In this document: positions 10,864 through 23,400 of the stretch, in pieces
How positions within the stretch are numbered: position 1 is the stretch's first letter
Layout of the letters: every line of letters starts with the position of its first letter
DNA from: Macrostomum lignano
Taxonomy: Eukaryota
Assembly: GCA_002269645.1 (NCBI GenBank)
Contig: NIVC01000239.1
Span: 124,001-188,000 of the forward strand
DNA length: 64,000 nt
Direction: 5' to 3'
Made by a program: the position numbers and the translations under genes
Notes under the pieces: generated by a model
Told to the model about the DNA's origin: nothing
Database searches by the model: none
Seen by the model: the letters and a program-made list of their open reading frames with translations, nothing else

Positions 10864-12859
10864 TATCTCCAGTAAAAAAGCATGCAATGACAGGTAACTT
10901 GATAGTTAAGCTAATTTTTACTTCATTTAAGTATAAATCATTTAATTCCTTAACCAATGGTGCTAAAAAAAAGTTAATACCTGCCTTTTTGACCATATTG
11001 TCAGTACAAACTAAATTTAGGAAACAGAGACTAGTTGATGAATTCCAAGATTCAGAAATATTAAGAATAGTAAAATAAATAACATACAATTTATGCTTAG
11101 TCTTTGCTGAACCAATAGGATTGCAAACTTCTATTTCATCAGAATATAATTTTAAATAAATTGCATGATCAGATAATGGTAAAATATAGTTTAAATAATA
11201 TGAAGACTTAAAGAATGGATTGTTATTTTGATTTGGTGGCAATAGTAAACAATCTAAAATATATTCATTATTTGATATACTTTCAATAGTTTCCTTAATA
11301 GACACATATTGAAACTTGACCTTTAAATTAGAATCAACAAATTCAATAGGCTGAACTAAATTATATTGATTTAGAAGAATTTCTAATAATTTTCTATCAC
11401 TTAATAAATGCTCAATACTTATGTCTATCATTTCTTCAATATTTAATACTTCAAGGCTTCTATGTGAGGCTAAGGATGGAAAATGTTCATTCAAATATTG
11501 TTTAAAAAGTTGCAAATAACTATTTGCAAAATCAGATAATAACTCTTTTACTAACTGTCCTATTTGCATAGCTTTATACTTTGGAACCAATAAGAAATCT
11601 TTAGTTTTTATATAAAAATGTACAAAACTTTCTGCCAACTGGACTCTTAAGTTTTCCCTACATATCTCACTAGTTTGGTCTTTTTGAATTTGACTAGGCC
11701 TATTTCTATTTTCATCTATTATAGTATTCAGCAAATGAATAGGATGGTCAGAATTATTTGCTTCACCTGATTCACTAGGGTCTTCTCTTTCCTCATTGAC
11801 ATTAGTACTAGTAGAAGGAATATTTAATTTTAAGTGCTTCCTACGAGCATGCTGCCTAAGTGCCTCTATAGTACTACAGCAATGAAAGCAATCTTTTACT
11901 GGGCATACAAAAGAAGACTGACCAAAAGAGTGGTATTTCTTAACATGGCTAATACATGCTAAAACATTGGGACATGAAAAATTACATATTTTACGAAGAA
12001 GCATGCACTTGTAAATTCAAATAGGCCTAGGTTAGTAAAAAGCCTTATGGACAATAGGTCTTGAAATTAAGGACCTTAAAGTAATAAAATTATAGCTTGG
12101 ATCAAGCCAAGCAATTTAAGCAATTGGATAGGAACAGGAAGGCAAGCAATAGGAAAGCAAGTTAACGTTTCAAAGAGGGTGCATTAACTGAGAAAGAAAG
12201 ATACACTGATGAGTGATGACTATTCATGCACTGCCACAAGCTATAATATCAAAAGCTATCGAGTTTTGTATCGAGTATTGTAACTTTGTTCAGCCCATTT
12301 CATGCAATTTTAAACTTAAAAAGCTTAAACAAAAAAAGTATATTAGTAAGTTAGGTGAGAAAACTATTTTATTCTTTTATACATTTCATGAGTTTTCATA
12401 ATTTTTGCTGCTAGCAAATTTTGTAGCGCCTTTAATTGTGTTGCTGGAAAGAACGGATGCTAAAATGTATGGCTCGGTCTTGGATTCAGGGAATGTACAG
12501 ATTGCCCTCGCACAAAAGTATTTGTTTTCTGAAAAGGTTCATCCAACTTAATTTCATTAACCCTTCAATTTCTAGGACTAAAGAAACCATTTTTGCAATT
12601 TCCTGTTTTGGACCTCATCTGACCAAGAGGTCCGATTATTACATTCGGACCTTTCATGGACCTCTTTGCATAACAGTGCAGAGAAAGAGAGCCATTTTGT
12701 GTCCTAGGAATGACATTTGACTTTAGATTTAAGAAATGCATGCGAAAAATAGTTTCGGGGGTTGGAATTTTGCGGGTTAAAAATCTGCGGGTTTTTTATT
12801 TATCTGCCATTTCGCCTGCTTAAATTAACTGTTTAAATTTTATTTTCAATCAAAACTAG

Positions 12860-15800
12860 GTTGGCGTCTTCAATCGAACAGTGTCCAAAGTGGATAGATT
12901 CCTGGCTAATGAGGCCAAAGGCACTCAAGTGGTTGGTGCCCATTCGTTGGAGGAGTTCGTCAAGTTATTGAAAAAACCGCGCGCTGTCATGTTGCTGGTG
13001 CAGGCTGGCAAGCCTGTTGACGACTTTATTGATAGCTTGGTAAGCAGTTCCGATTCTTTACAGGGCTACATCTACCTCTTGTCTATCTGAGCGGGTCTTT
13101 ACAGGCTACATCTACCCCTTGTCTATCTGAGCGGGTCTTTACAGGCTACATCTACCCCTTGACTATCTGAGCGGGTCTTTAGAGGCTACATCTACCCCTT
13201 GACTATCTGAGCGGGTCTTTACAGGCTACATCTACCCCTTGTCTATCTGAGCGGGTCTTTACAGGCTACATCTACCCCTTGTCTATCTGAGCGGGTCTTT
13301 AGAGGCTACATCTACCCCTTGACTATCTGAGCGGGTCTTTACAGGCTACATCTACCCCTTGTCTATCTGAGCGGGTCTTTACAGGCTACATCTACCCCTT
13401 GACTTTCTGAGCGGGTCTTTACTGGCTACATCTACCCCTTGTCTATCTGAGCGGGTCTTTACAGGCTACATCTACCCCTTGACTATCTGAGCGGGTCTTT
13501 ACAGGCTACATCTACCCTTGTCTATCTGAGCGGGTCTTTACAGGCTACATCTACCCCTTGTCTATCTGAGCGGGTCTTTACAGGCTACATCTACCCCTTG
13601 TCTATCTGAGCGGGTCTTTAGAGGCTACATCTACCCCTTGTCTATCTGAGCGGGTCTTTACAGGCTACATCTACCCCTTGTCTATCTGAGTGGGTCTTTA
13701 CAGGCTACAGCTATTACTTGTCTATCTGAGTGGGTCTTTACAGGCTACAGCTATTACTTGTCTATCTGAGTGGGTCTTTACAGGCTACAGCTATTACTTG
13801 TCTATCTGAGGGATTCTTTACAGGCTACAGCTATTACTTGTCTATCTGAGCGATTCTTTACAGGCTACAGCTATTACTTGTCTATCTGAGCGATTCTTTA
13901 CAGGCTACAGCTATTACTTGTCTATCTGAGCGATTCTTTACAGGCTACAGCTATTACTTGTCTATCTGAGCGATTCCTTTTATAGCTGCTTTATATACCT
14001 TTACTATCTGGGTTTTTATCAAGTAATCTTTAATTGCTTTAATTTTTACCCGCATTAAATAAGATTAAATATAAAATTCGTTAACTTTTCAGATTCCTTT
14101 GCTAGATAAAGGCGATATCATCATTGATGGCGGCAACTCTGAGTTCGATGACTCTACTGTACGTTGCTAAGATATCAATTTATAATTTTATGCCTATAAA
14201 TTTTCCTAAAATGTCCGTCTCTCTGTCTTAATAAAATATTTATAGCGACGTTTCGAGCGCTGCCAAGCCGCCGGTCTGCTATTTGTCGGCTCCGGTGTGT
14301 CCGGCGGCGAGGAGGGCGCCAGACACGGCCCCTCGCTGATGCCCGGCGGTCATCCGGACGCCTGGCCGAGAATTCGGCCAATCTTCCAGGCCGTGTGCGC
14401 TAAAGTGGACGGCCAGCCCTGCTGCGACTGGGTCGGCGAGGGCGGCGCCGGACACTTCGTTAAGATGGTTAGTCGGACTGGTTAAGGCTCTGTTGAGATC
14501 TGTGTCTGAGTGCAGGGGTCTGTGTGTCTGAGTGCAGGGGGTCTGTATGTATGACTGCTAGGTCTGTGTTTGTCTGAGTGCTGGGTCTGTGTTTGTGTGA
14601 GTGCTAGGTCTGTGTTTGTGTGAGTGCTGGGTCTGTGTTTGTCTGAGTGCTGGGTCTGTGTTTGTCTGAGTGCTGGGTCTGTGTTTGTCTGAGTGCTGGG
14701 TCTGTGTTTGTCTGAGTGCTGGGTCTGTGTTTGTCTGAGTGCTGGATCTGTGTTTGTCTGAGTGCTAGGTCTGTGTTTGTCTGAGTGCTAGGTCTGTGTT
14801 TGTCTGAGTGCTAGGTCTGTGTTTGTGTGAGTGCTGGGTCTGTGTTTGTCTGAGTGCTGGGTCTGTGTTTGTGTGAGTGCTAGGTCTGTGTTTGTGTGAG
14901 TGCTGGGTCTGTGTTTGTCTGAGTGCTGGGTCTGTGTTTGTCTGAGTGCTGGGTCTGTGTTTGTCTGAGTGCTGGGTCTGTGTTTGTCTGAGTGCTGGGT
15001 CTGTGTTTGTCTGAGTGCTGGATCTGTGTTTGTCTGAGTGCTAGGTCTGTGTTTGTCTGAGTGCTAGGTCTGTGTTTGTCTGAGTGCTAGGTCTGTGTTT
15101 GTCTGAGTGCTAGGTCTTTGCTGGGTCTGGTTCACCTGGATGCTCAGATAGTGCTGGTCCAGTGTGACTTGGGTGCTCAGATAGTGCTGGTTCAGTGTGA
15201 CTTGGGTGCTCAGATAGTGCTGGTTCAGTGTGACTTGGGTGCTCAGATAGTGCTGGTTCAGTGTGACTTGGGTGCTCAGATAGTGCTGGCAGTGCTAGTC
15301 CTGTGTACTTATTGACACAAGTGTAGGTTCGAAAAAAATTCCAACCTCATCAGGTACACAACGGCATTGAGTATGGTGACATGCAGCTCATCTGCGAAGC
15401 TTACCACCTGATGAAGGAGGTCTGCGGGCTCAGCAACGACGAAATGGCCGATGTGTTCACCCGTTGGAACAATGGCGATCTGAATTCGTTTCTGATTGAG
15501 ATCACGGCCGACATTCTGCGGCATCGTGACGATGACGGCAAGCACACCGTGGACAAGATTCTGGACTGTGCCGGACAAAAGGGAACTGGTCAGTGGGGCT
15601 GGTCTTCTAATCTCTGGGGTGATTTGCTAATCGCTGGGGAGATTTTCTACTCGCTGGGGCGATTTTCTAATCGCTGGGGCGATTTTCTAATCGCTGAAGC
15701 GAATTTCCAATTGCTGAGGCGATTTTTCTAATTGCTGAGGCGATTCTTCTAATTGCTGAGGCGATTTTTCCAATTGCTGAGGCGGTTTTTTAATATTGCG

Positions 15801-16514
15801 CTGCCCGAAGCGATTTACACTGAGAATCCTCGCCACCCGTCCCGCGCAGGCAAGTGGACAGTTGTCACCAGTCTGCACGCGGGCACACCGTTGACACTCA
15901 TCGCCGAGGCCGTCTTCGCTCGCCACCTGAGCCGCTATAAGGCCGAACGACAGCGCGCGGCCGCCACCCTGCCCGGACCATCCGCTGCACCTCCTCGGCC
16001 AGCTGATCCGGCCGCGTTCATCGAAGACATTCACCAGGCGCTGTACGCCTCCAAGATTGTCAGCTACGCCCAGGGCTACATGCTGATGCAGACGCAATCA
16101 GCTCAGACTGGCTGGAAGCTAAACCTAGGCGGCATCGCTTTGATGTGGCGCGGAGGCTGCATTATTCGCAGCCAGTTCCTTGGCCGCATCAAGACCGCAT
16201 TCGAGCGCAATCCCGAGCTGGATAGTCTGCTGCTCGATCCATTCTTCTCAGGCGTCATGCGCCAGGCTAACGACGGCTGGCGCCGCTGTCTGGCCGCGGC
16301 CGTCACCGCCGGCGTGCCCTGTCCGGCGTTCTCGGCCGCGCTCAGCTTCTACGACGGCTTCCGCTGCGGCCGGCTGCCGGCCAGCCTGTTGCAGGCGCAA
16401 CGCGACTATTTTGGCGCTCACCAGTACGAGCTGATGGACCAGCCTGGCAAGTTCGTGCACACCAACTGGACCGGCCGGGGCGGCCAGGTGGCCTCGTCCA
16501 CCTATCAGGCTTGA
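12860..16514 (+). CDS. PGD: 6-phosphogluconate dehydrogenase, decarboxylating (5'-partial): join(12860..13039,14093..14158,14246..14467,15354..15588,15850..16514)
   Basis: Motifs [90 protein letters not shown]. All introns are GT-AG and phase-compatible. The first exon (GLAVMG motif) was not found in the window. Confidence 0.97.
13064..13975. repeat. 40-bp minisatellite in a PGD intron
   Basis: Unit GGCTACATCTACCCCTTGTCTATCTGAGCGGGTCTTTACA, with variant blocks toward the 3' end. Confidence 0.95.
14500..15290. repeat. 23-bp array (~14500-15115) followed by a 33-bp array (~15140-15290) in a PGD intron
   Basis: Units GTCTGAGTGCTRGGTCTGTGTTT and GGTGCTCAGATAGTGCTGGTTCAGTGTGACTTG. Confidence 0.93.
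15605..15800. repeat. 21-bp degenerate array in the last PGD intron
   Basis: AATTGCTGAGGCGATTTTTCT-like units. Confidence 0.85.
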
Positions 16515-16759
16515 GACACTCGCGTTGGCGGCTGGGTGTAAAACTACTGAGAATAGCGCTATCTGGTTGTCCGACGGGAGCTGTCTTTCGGCTTGAAACT
16601 GATAGGATCAGAGTTCGGAATTGTCTTTTTAATTTCCTCTTCTCTTTAGTTTTTTTAGTTTCTTTCCCGCACTTTTCATTTTTGGGGTCTGGGAATTCCA
16701 CTTAGAAAGTGGGATACATGAAAATTCTTGCATACGAGTAATTAAAGGGAAGATCCGTT

Positions 16760-17925
16760 CTTATCAATGGAAAATTCCATTAGCACCGATGGAAAATTCC
16801 ATATTAGCATCATTGGGAAATTCCATATTAGCACCGATGGAAAATTCCATATTAGCATCAATAGAAAATTCCATATTAGCATCAATGGAAAATTCCATTT
16901 TAGCATCAATGGAAAATTCCATATTAGCATCAATGGAAAATTCCATATTAGCATCAATGGAAAATTCCATATTAGCATCAATGGAAAATTCCATATTAGC
17001 ATCAATGGAAAATTCCATATTAGCATCAATGGAAAATTCCATTAAATAACATCATTGGGAAATTCCTTTGGCATGATTGGGAAATTCCATTAGTATGATT
17101 GGGAATTCCATTAGTATCATTGGGAAATTCCATTAGCATGATTGGGAAATTCCTATAGCATCATTGGGAAATTCCATTAGCATGATTAGGAAATTCCTAT
17201 AGCATCATTGGGAAATTCCATTAGCATGATTGGGAAATTCCTATAGCATCATTGGGAAATTCCTATAGCATCATTGGGAGATTCCTATAGCATGATTGGG
17301 AAATTCCTATAGCATCATTGGGAAATTCCATTAGCATGATTAGGAAATTCCTATAGCATCATTGGGAAATTCCTATAGCATCATTGGGAAATTCCTATAG
17401 CATCATTGGGAAATTCCATTAGCATCATTGGGAAATTCCTATAGCATCATTGGGAAATTCCTATAGCATCATTGGGAAATTCCTATAGCATCATTGGGAA
17501 ATTCCTATAGCATCATTGGGAAATTCCTATAGCATCATTGGGAAATTCCATTAGCATGATTAGGAAATTCCTATAGCATCATTGGGAAATTCCTATAGCA
17601 TCATTGGGAAATTCCATTAGCATGATTGGGAAATTCCTATAGCATCATTGGGAAATTCCTATAGCATCATTGGGAAATTCCTATAGCATCATTGGGAAAT
17701 TCCTATAGCATCATTGGGAAATTCCTATAGCATCATTGGGAAATTCCTATAGCATCATTGGGAAATTCCTATAGCATCATTGGGAGATTCCTATAGCATC
17801 ATTGGGAAATTCCTATAGCATCATTGGGAAATTCCTATAGCATCATTGGGAGATTCCTATAGCATCATTGGGAAATTCCTATAGCATCATTGGGAGATTC
17901 CATTAGCATGATTGGGAAATTCCTA
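16760..17925. repeat. 24-bp array (16760-17045) grading into a related 22-bp array (17046-17925), downstream of PGD
   Basis: TGGAAAATTCCATATTAGCATCAA, then GGGAAATTCCTATAGCATCATT. Confidence 0.95.
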
Positions 17926-19269
17926 TATTCCATACACGCAATTACTTGCACAAAGATCAGGGATCAGATTGCATCTGGCAATACGTAGCGGTCATACTTG
18001 AGCATCGAGTTTTCTTTCTTGAGTGCTTTTTTAAGCTTCATATTTTTAATCTACCAACTTTAATAACGCCTTTTTAACCTGTTCTATATGACTAATTTTT
18101 TATTTATCGATAATATTACAGGTATTATTTGATATTAAAAAGAAATTAAAATTAGCTTTCATAAGTCCCTAAGTTTTTTGCCGCTTTTTAGTGGTTTAGG
18201 CTTAGGCAATTGCTTTCCCGTATTGATTTTGTAATGGCTAAATTTTCTAACGCTTAGTTGTAGAACCATGCTGAATTATAAATATTAAATTGTCAAGTCG
18301 CTTTACTTAGATTGAATTATTAGAAAAAATATTTTATTGTAATGTGTCTCGTAAATTGCATTCTATACATGTAATTTGTTAGCCACTATCAATCATTCTG
18401 CTATTTTTGTTTTAGGTTTGTTTAACTGCGCCATCTGTCCCCTCCCTAATGCTCCACTAGAGTTGATTTCGGTAAATCTGGTTGATATTAGTTGATCCTA
18501 TAGAAACATTCTGCAATCTGTCTATTCAGTTTAACAAAAAGTCTCAATTGTTTTTTTTTGTTATCTATTGGAGTGTAGAAACGTTCAGGGGCGGAGTTGA
18601 GAGCGCTGATGTTTATTTGACAATTAGAATTCGCTAGGCTGTTTGATTTAGCAAAAACGCATTATATATGTAGTCTGTAGGCATACTTTACCTTAGTGAT
18701 TAGAAAGCCAAAACAGAGTTTATCAGCACTGGTTTCTGTTTTACTGTACTGTATCAATGATTTTCGATACGCAACTAAAAAAGCTATACGAAATATACAA
18801 AACTCTTCTAGAGATTTCGATAATTATTTTCGATTATTTAGTAAAGTTTAGTAAGAAAAAAATCTAACTTATTTATTGTTCATTTGAATTTTTGTTGTTA
18901 TAATAAGATGCAAGTTAACTTTATTATTAACAAAGGCTAGCGGTAGGGACCAGGTGTGGCCTAGAGACTTTATATGTCCATGTCAATATTGATATTAGTA
19001 TTATATAATTATTGCTCTTTCAATTATAGACTTCTGTTTACTTTTACACCTTAAATCATACCCAACATCTGCGGTGTTGAAATATTAGAAATCCTGGACC
19101 ATCCCCTCATCCTGCAGTTGGCCAAGTTCAAATATTGAATGTCGCCCAGCCGCGGTGTCAGGCTCGTCACGGGTTTAAAGTTAATTGGACATTGGCAAAC
19201 CGTATTGATTTGATTTTTCTAATGGCAGGCTGGGAATGTCCCGCACCGTCTGACTGATGGTCCTTTTCC

Positions 19270-19546
19270 TCTCACCTCTCCCTCTCACTCTCCCTCTTAC
19301 TCTCACTCTCACTCTCCCTCTTACTCTCACTCTTACTCTCACTTCTCACTCTCCCTCTCACTCTCCCTCTCACTCTGCCTCTCACTCTCACTCTCACTCT
19401 CCCTCTCACTCTGCCTCTCACTCTCCCTCTCACTCTGCCTCTCACTCTCCCTCTCACTCTGCCTCTCACTCTCACTCTCACTCTCACTCTGCCTCTCACT
19501 CCCACTCTCACTCTCACTCTGCCTCTCACTCTCCCTCTCACTCTGC

Positions 19547-19580
<34 letters not shown>

Positions 19581-19636
19581 GCCTCTCACTCTGCCTCTCA
19601 CTCTGCCTCTCACTCTCACTCTCCCTCTCACTCTCC

Positions 19637-19676
<40 letters not shown>

Positions 19677-19720
19677 GCCTCTCACTCTCACTCTGCCTCT
19701 CACTCTCCCTCTCACGCTGC

Positions 19721-19754
<34 letters not shown>

Positions 19755-19915
19755 ACCTCTCACTCCCACTCTCACTCTCACTCTGCCTCTCACTCTCCCT
19801 CTCACTCTGCCTCTCACTCTCACTCTCTCTCTCACTCTCACTCTACCTCTCACTCCCACTCTCACTCTCACTCTCCCTCTCACTCTCCCTCTCACTCTGC
19901 CTCTCACTCTCTCTT
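19270..19915. repeat. (CTCTCA)n-type hexamer microsatellite
   Basis: CACTCT/CTCTCA/CTCTCC units; explains the SH- and RV-repeat ORFs. Confidence 0.95.
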
Positions 19916-21223
19916 CCACCTCTCTCTAACTCTCTATCTCTCGCTCTCGCTCTGCCTCTCAATCTCCCTCTCGCTCTCCCTCTCACTCTTACTCTCGCTG
20001 TCCTTCTCATTTCCCCTTCCCTCCCCTCCTTTCTCCCCTGTTTTCTCTTTTTCCCCCCTCCTCTGTAAATTTCATCTCTGAGGCCCTCATACTACCATAT
20101 AGCTCTGTTGCCTGTTCCGCCGGCGCGGTAAACCTGTAGAGCTGCCTTGAACCCCTATGTCGGCTTGTGAGTCAAGCTTAGAGAAAGTTCACAATGCAGC
20201 CATTCCTGCACACAGAATAGAGGCGATGCAGGTGTGTAGCAACAGATCTTTTAGCTCGTGTCGTGAGCCTGGTCAGTCTCATGCTACGCAGGCGTGCTGA
20301 GGTTCTGGCTCCCTTCTAAAAACACGGACCCCATGAAAAATCGACACTATAACTGTACATTAAGACTAAATAAGGCTCTGAGAGTCACTCAGATGAAAAA
20401 GCTGTTAAAGCGTTGGCCGTCCACTTTGATTTTATCAATGCGTCTGGGTGAAATCTCTATAAATTGGCTGTTTCTGAATATAATCGTGGATAGTCACTTC
20501 TGCAGTTGTGGCAGTCTGTTTTCTCAGCTTATCGATTTTTTTGATTAGAGGCAGGGGGTTGTGTGCACCCTGGCGCACTTTAAGCGACATAGGCACACAA
20601 CCGGCGAGAGGCATTACTGCCCATTCCGCCGACTCCCCTGAGCAGGCACACAAGCGCGCGGATACGTACGCAGGCACACAAGCGCGCGGATACGTACGCA
20701 GGCACACACTCACACAGGAGTGTACAGCGGCCCTAACTTTATATTATCGTTAGGCATGTACACTTCACTGCGCCTTGGGGGGTTGGCTCTCAAGGCCGTT
20801 AATTGCACGAGCAGAGCCAAGCCGAGATTCCAATTCAGCCCCAAATTAATGTGACTGCACTTGGAATCGAGCCTGAGTCGCTGGCACACCAGAGCAGCTG
20901 GGCTAACGCTGGGCTACGGCCCCCCTTCAGCTTATCGATAGGGGGTTGAGTGAATTTTTAACCCTAGCCTATAAGCAGTTTGCAAACTGCATGTACATTT
21001 AGTAGGTACAGTACATGTACATGTGCATAGTGCTTATTGCGGTGGCGAATACAATGAGGCTTAAGCTTGGGTAAATGATGTAACACAAAGTTTTGGGTCG
21101 TCAATGAAAGCTATAATATTTTACGCTCGTGTATACCAAGAGTAAAGCGTCATGTTTTGAAGGGAGAATCGATCCAATATATCAGACAACCAAAGGACTC
21201 TCTCTCTCTCTCTCTCACCTACA

Positions 21224-21997
21224 ATGGATCGAACCATGCATTGGCTGCTTGACCAGCAGCTCTGCCGCAGTCCCAATGGCCACATACACGTGGGCCTGAG
21301 CTCCAGCAATCGGCGTCTGTTGCGACCGAACGGACAGCCGGTGTTCCCGACCAACGGTTGCCTCGAGCCGGTGCTGATTAATGTGTACGACCTGCACTGG
21401 ACCAACCGCATGACCAAGCGGCTTCGGCTGGCCGCCTACCACACCGGCCTGGAGGTCTACGGCGTTGAGATTGCCTACGGCGACTGCGGCGTCTACAGAA
21501 TCAAGCCGAAAGACGTCAACTCAATGGAGTGCGATATGGTGTTTAAGAAGTCCGTGCAACTGGGCTGCACCGACTACAAGAGAGAAGACGTGCTTCTAAT
21601 TAGCCAGTGGCTCGGTCAGACTTTGTTTACCGGACGGATGTACGACTTGCTGCGACGGAACTGCAACCACTTCAGCGCTACGATGGGCAAGCTGCTGTGC
21701 CCGCAGGCCGAGTTTCCCAAGTGGATCAACTCCCTGGCCAGCATTGGCGTCCGGCTGCCCTTTATTGAACGACGAGTTCGACGCTATCTCAGCGAATGCA
21801 GCGACGATGAAGACGGCGACGAGGCGGGAAAGAAGGCCGGAAACGAGTCGACGAACGCAACGACAATCGAAGAGGAAAAGGGCAACAAGCGGCGAGGCCT
21901 GAGGGAGATCTGTGCTAATCTGTCGCGATGCAGCAGCAGTGGACAGCAACAGGGCAATGCCGACCGTGTTGAATGCGACAAGAAGCAAAGCAAATAG
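21224..21997 (+). CDS. PPPDE/DeSI family deubiquitinating/desumoylating isopeptidase (DESI2-like), single exon
   Basis: VLINVYDL...AYHTGLEVYGVEIAYG...YDLLRRNCNHFS, with the His and Cys catalytic dyad; FPKWINSLA. Confidence 0.92.
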   Translation: MDRTMHWLLDQQLCRSPNGHIHVGLSSSNRRLLRPNGQPVFPTNGCLEPVLINVYDLHWTNRMTKRLRLAAYHTGLEVYGVEIAYGDCGVYRIKPKDVNSMECDMVFKKSVQLGCTDYKREDVLLISQWLGQTLFTGRMYDLLRRNCNHFSATMGKLLCPQAEFPKWINSLASIGVRLPFIERRVRRYLSECSDDEDGDEAGKKAGNESTNATTIEEEKGNKRRGLREICANLSRCSSSGQQQGNADRVECDKKQSK

Positions 21998-22417
21998 GGC
22001 CGGCAATTCTGCAGATTCTTCTGCTCGTATGGAATCGAAACGAAATTAAGATTTGCCGAAACTTAATAAATCTAAGACTCGCATGGGTTTTAACGAGTTC
22101 GTTTAGTAAATGCATTTTAAATCCTATAAGATCAGAGAGAAATGCATTATAAGAGAGAGACAATCAATTGTTTTATATTGCCATTTATATAGCGGGATAG
22201 CTATGCCAATTTTTATTAAGAATGTCTTTTATCAACCCTTTTTCGCCATCGGTTCGCCATATTTTATAGATTTTCGCGTAAATATAAGCTTGATTTGGTG
22301 CAACATTTGCTTTCCCATTATATAATTTAAATTAATGATAACCTGAATGAATGCATGTGCGGATCGTCAAACGCGTGTATGTACGCGAAATTTAGTGTAA
22401 ATAGGACTTTCAAATAG

Positions 22418-23400
22418 ATGTCAAGGCTTAGTAGGGGAATTTCTGAGATGTCAAGACTTGCTGAGGGAATTTCTGAGATGTCAAGGCTTAGTAGGGGAAT
22501 TTCTGAGATGTCAAGACTTGCTGAGGGAATTGCTGAGATGTCAAGGCTTGCTTGGGGAATTGCTGAGATGTCAAGGCTTACTAGGGGAATTGCTGCGATG
22601 TCAAAGCTTACTATAGGGGAATTGCTGAGATGTCAAGTCTTGCTGAGGCCGAGGGAATTGCTGAGATGTCAGGGCTTGCTGGGGGAATTGCTGAGATGTC
22701 AAGACTTGCTGAGGGAATTTCTGAGATGTCAAAACATGCTGAGGGAATTTCTGAGATGTCAAGACATGCTGAGGGAATTTCTGAGATGTCAAGACTTGCT
22801 GAGGGAATTTCTGAGATGTCAAAACATGCTGAGGGAATTTCTGAGATGTCAAGACATGCTGAGGGAATTTCTGAGATGTCAAGTCTTGCTGAGGCCGAGG
22901 GAATTGCTGAGATGTCAGGGCTTGCTGGGGGAATTGCTGAGATGTCAAGACTTGCTGAGGGAATTGCTGAGATGTCAAAACATGCTGAGGGAATTTCTGA
23001 GATGTCAAGACATGCTGAGGGAATTTCTGAGATGTCAAGACTTGCTGAGGGAATTTCTGAGATGTCAAAACATGCTGAGGGAATTGCTGAGATGTCAAGA
23101 CTTGCTGAGGGAATTGCTGAGCTGTCAGGGTTGCTGTGGGAATTGCTGGGATATCAAGGCTTGCTGGGGGAATTGCTGAGATGTCAATAATTGCTGAGGG
23201 AATTGCTGAGATGTCAGGGCTTGCTGTGGGAATTGCTGGGATATCAAGGCTTGCTGGGGAATTGCTGAGATCTCAAGACTTGCTGAGGGAATTGCTGAGA
23301 TGTCAGGGCTTGCTGTGGGAATTGCTGGGATATCAAGGCTTGCTGGGGAATTGCTGAGATATCAAGGCTTAGGTGGGATCGCTGAGATGTCAAGGCTATA
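22418..23400. repeat. 30-bp minisatellite downstream of the DeSI gene
   Basis: Unit GAGGGAATTTCTGAGATGTCAAGACTTGCT. Confidence 0.95.

Larger units (their letters stand above)
5096..12004 (-). pseudogene. EnSpm/CACTA-type transposase with N-terminal C2H2-like zinc finger(s); disrupted by a mariner insertion and a frameshift. Pieces: 12004-10864, 9543-9210, 6090-5096
   Basis: Motifs: CPVKDCFHCCSTIEALRQHARRKH; LYSDEIEVCNPIGSAKTKHKLYVIYFTILN; GDNLSMHGLLGLQKCFSSGYICKYC (restored after removing the mariner); PDIMHDILEG (after a shift in the A-run near 9470); SCTASQMMHL; KLHYICHY...LWTMRSKAEHQVIK. Predicted intron 9209-6091 (GTGAAA...TTTTTAG) joins in frame. Confidence 0.8.
964..12678 (-). mobile_element. 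CACTA/EnSpm (CMC)-like DNA transposon, ~11.7 kb, containing a nested mariner and satellite arrays
   Basis: Left end CACTGTTATGCAtaaaGGTCC at 964; the reverse complement of the right end (12678) is CACTGTTATGCAaagaGGTCC. Flanked by CA at 962-963 and 12679-12680 (2-bp TSD). GGTCC/GGACC subterminal repeats at both ends. Encodes a transposase-like gene and an accessory ORF on the minus strand. Confidence 0.85.

Noticed and set aside
21224-21997. DeSI gene as a retrocopy because it is intronless
   Set aside because: No polyA remnant or TSD was seen, and single-exon status alone is insufficient.
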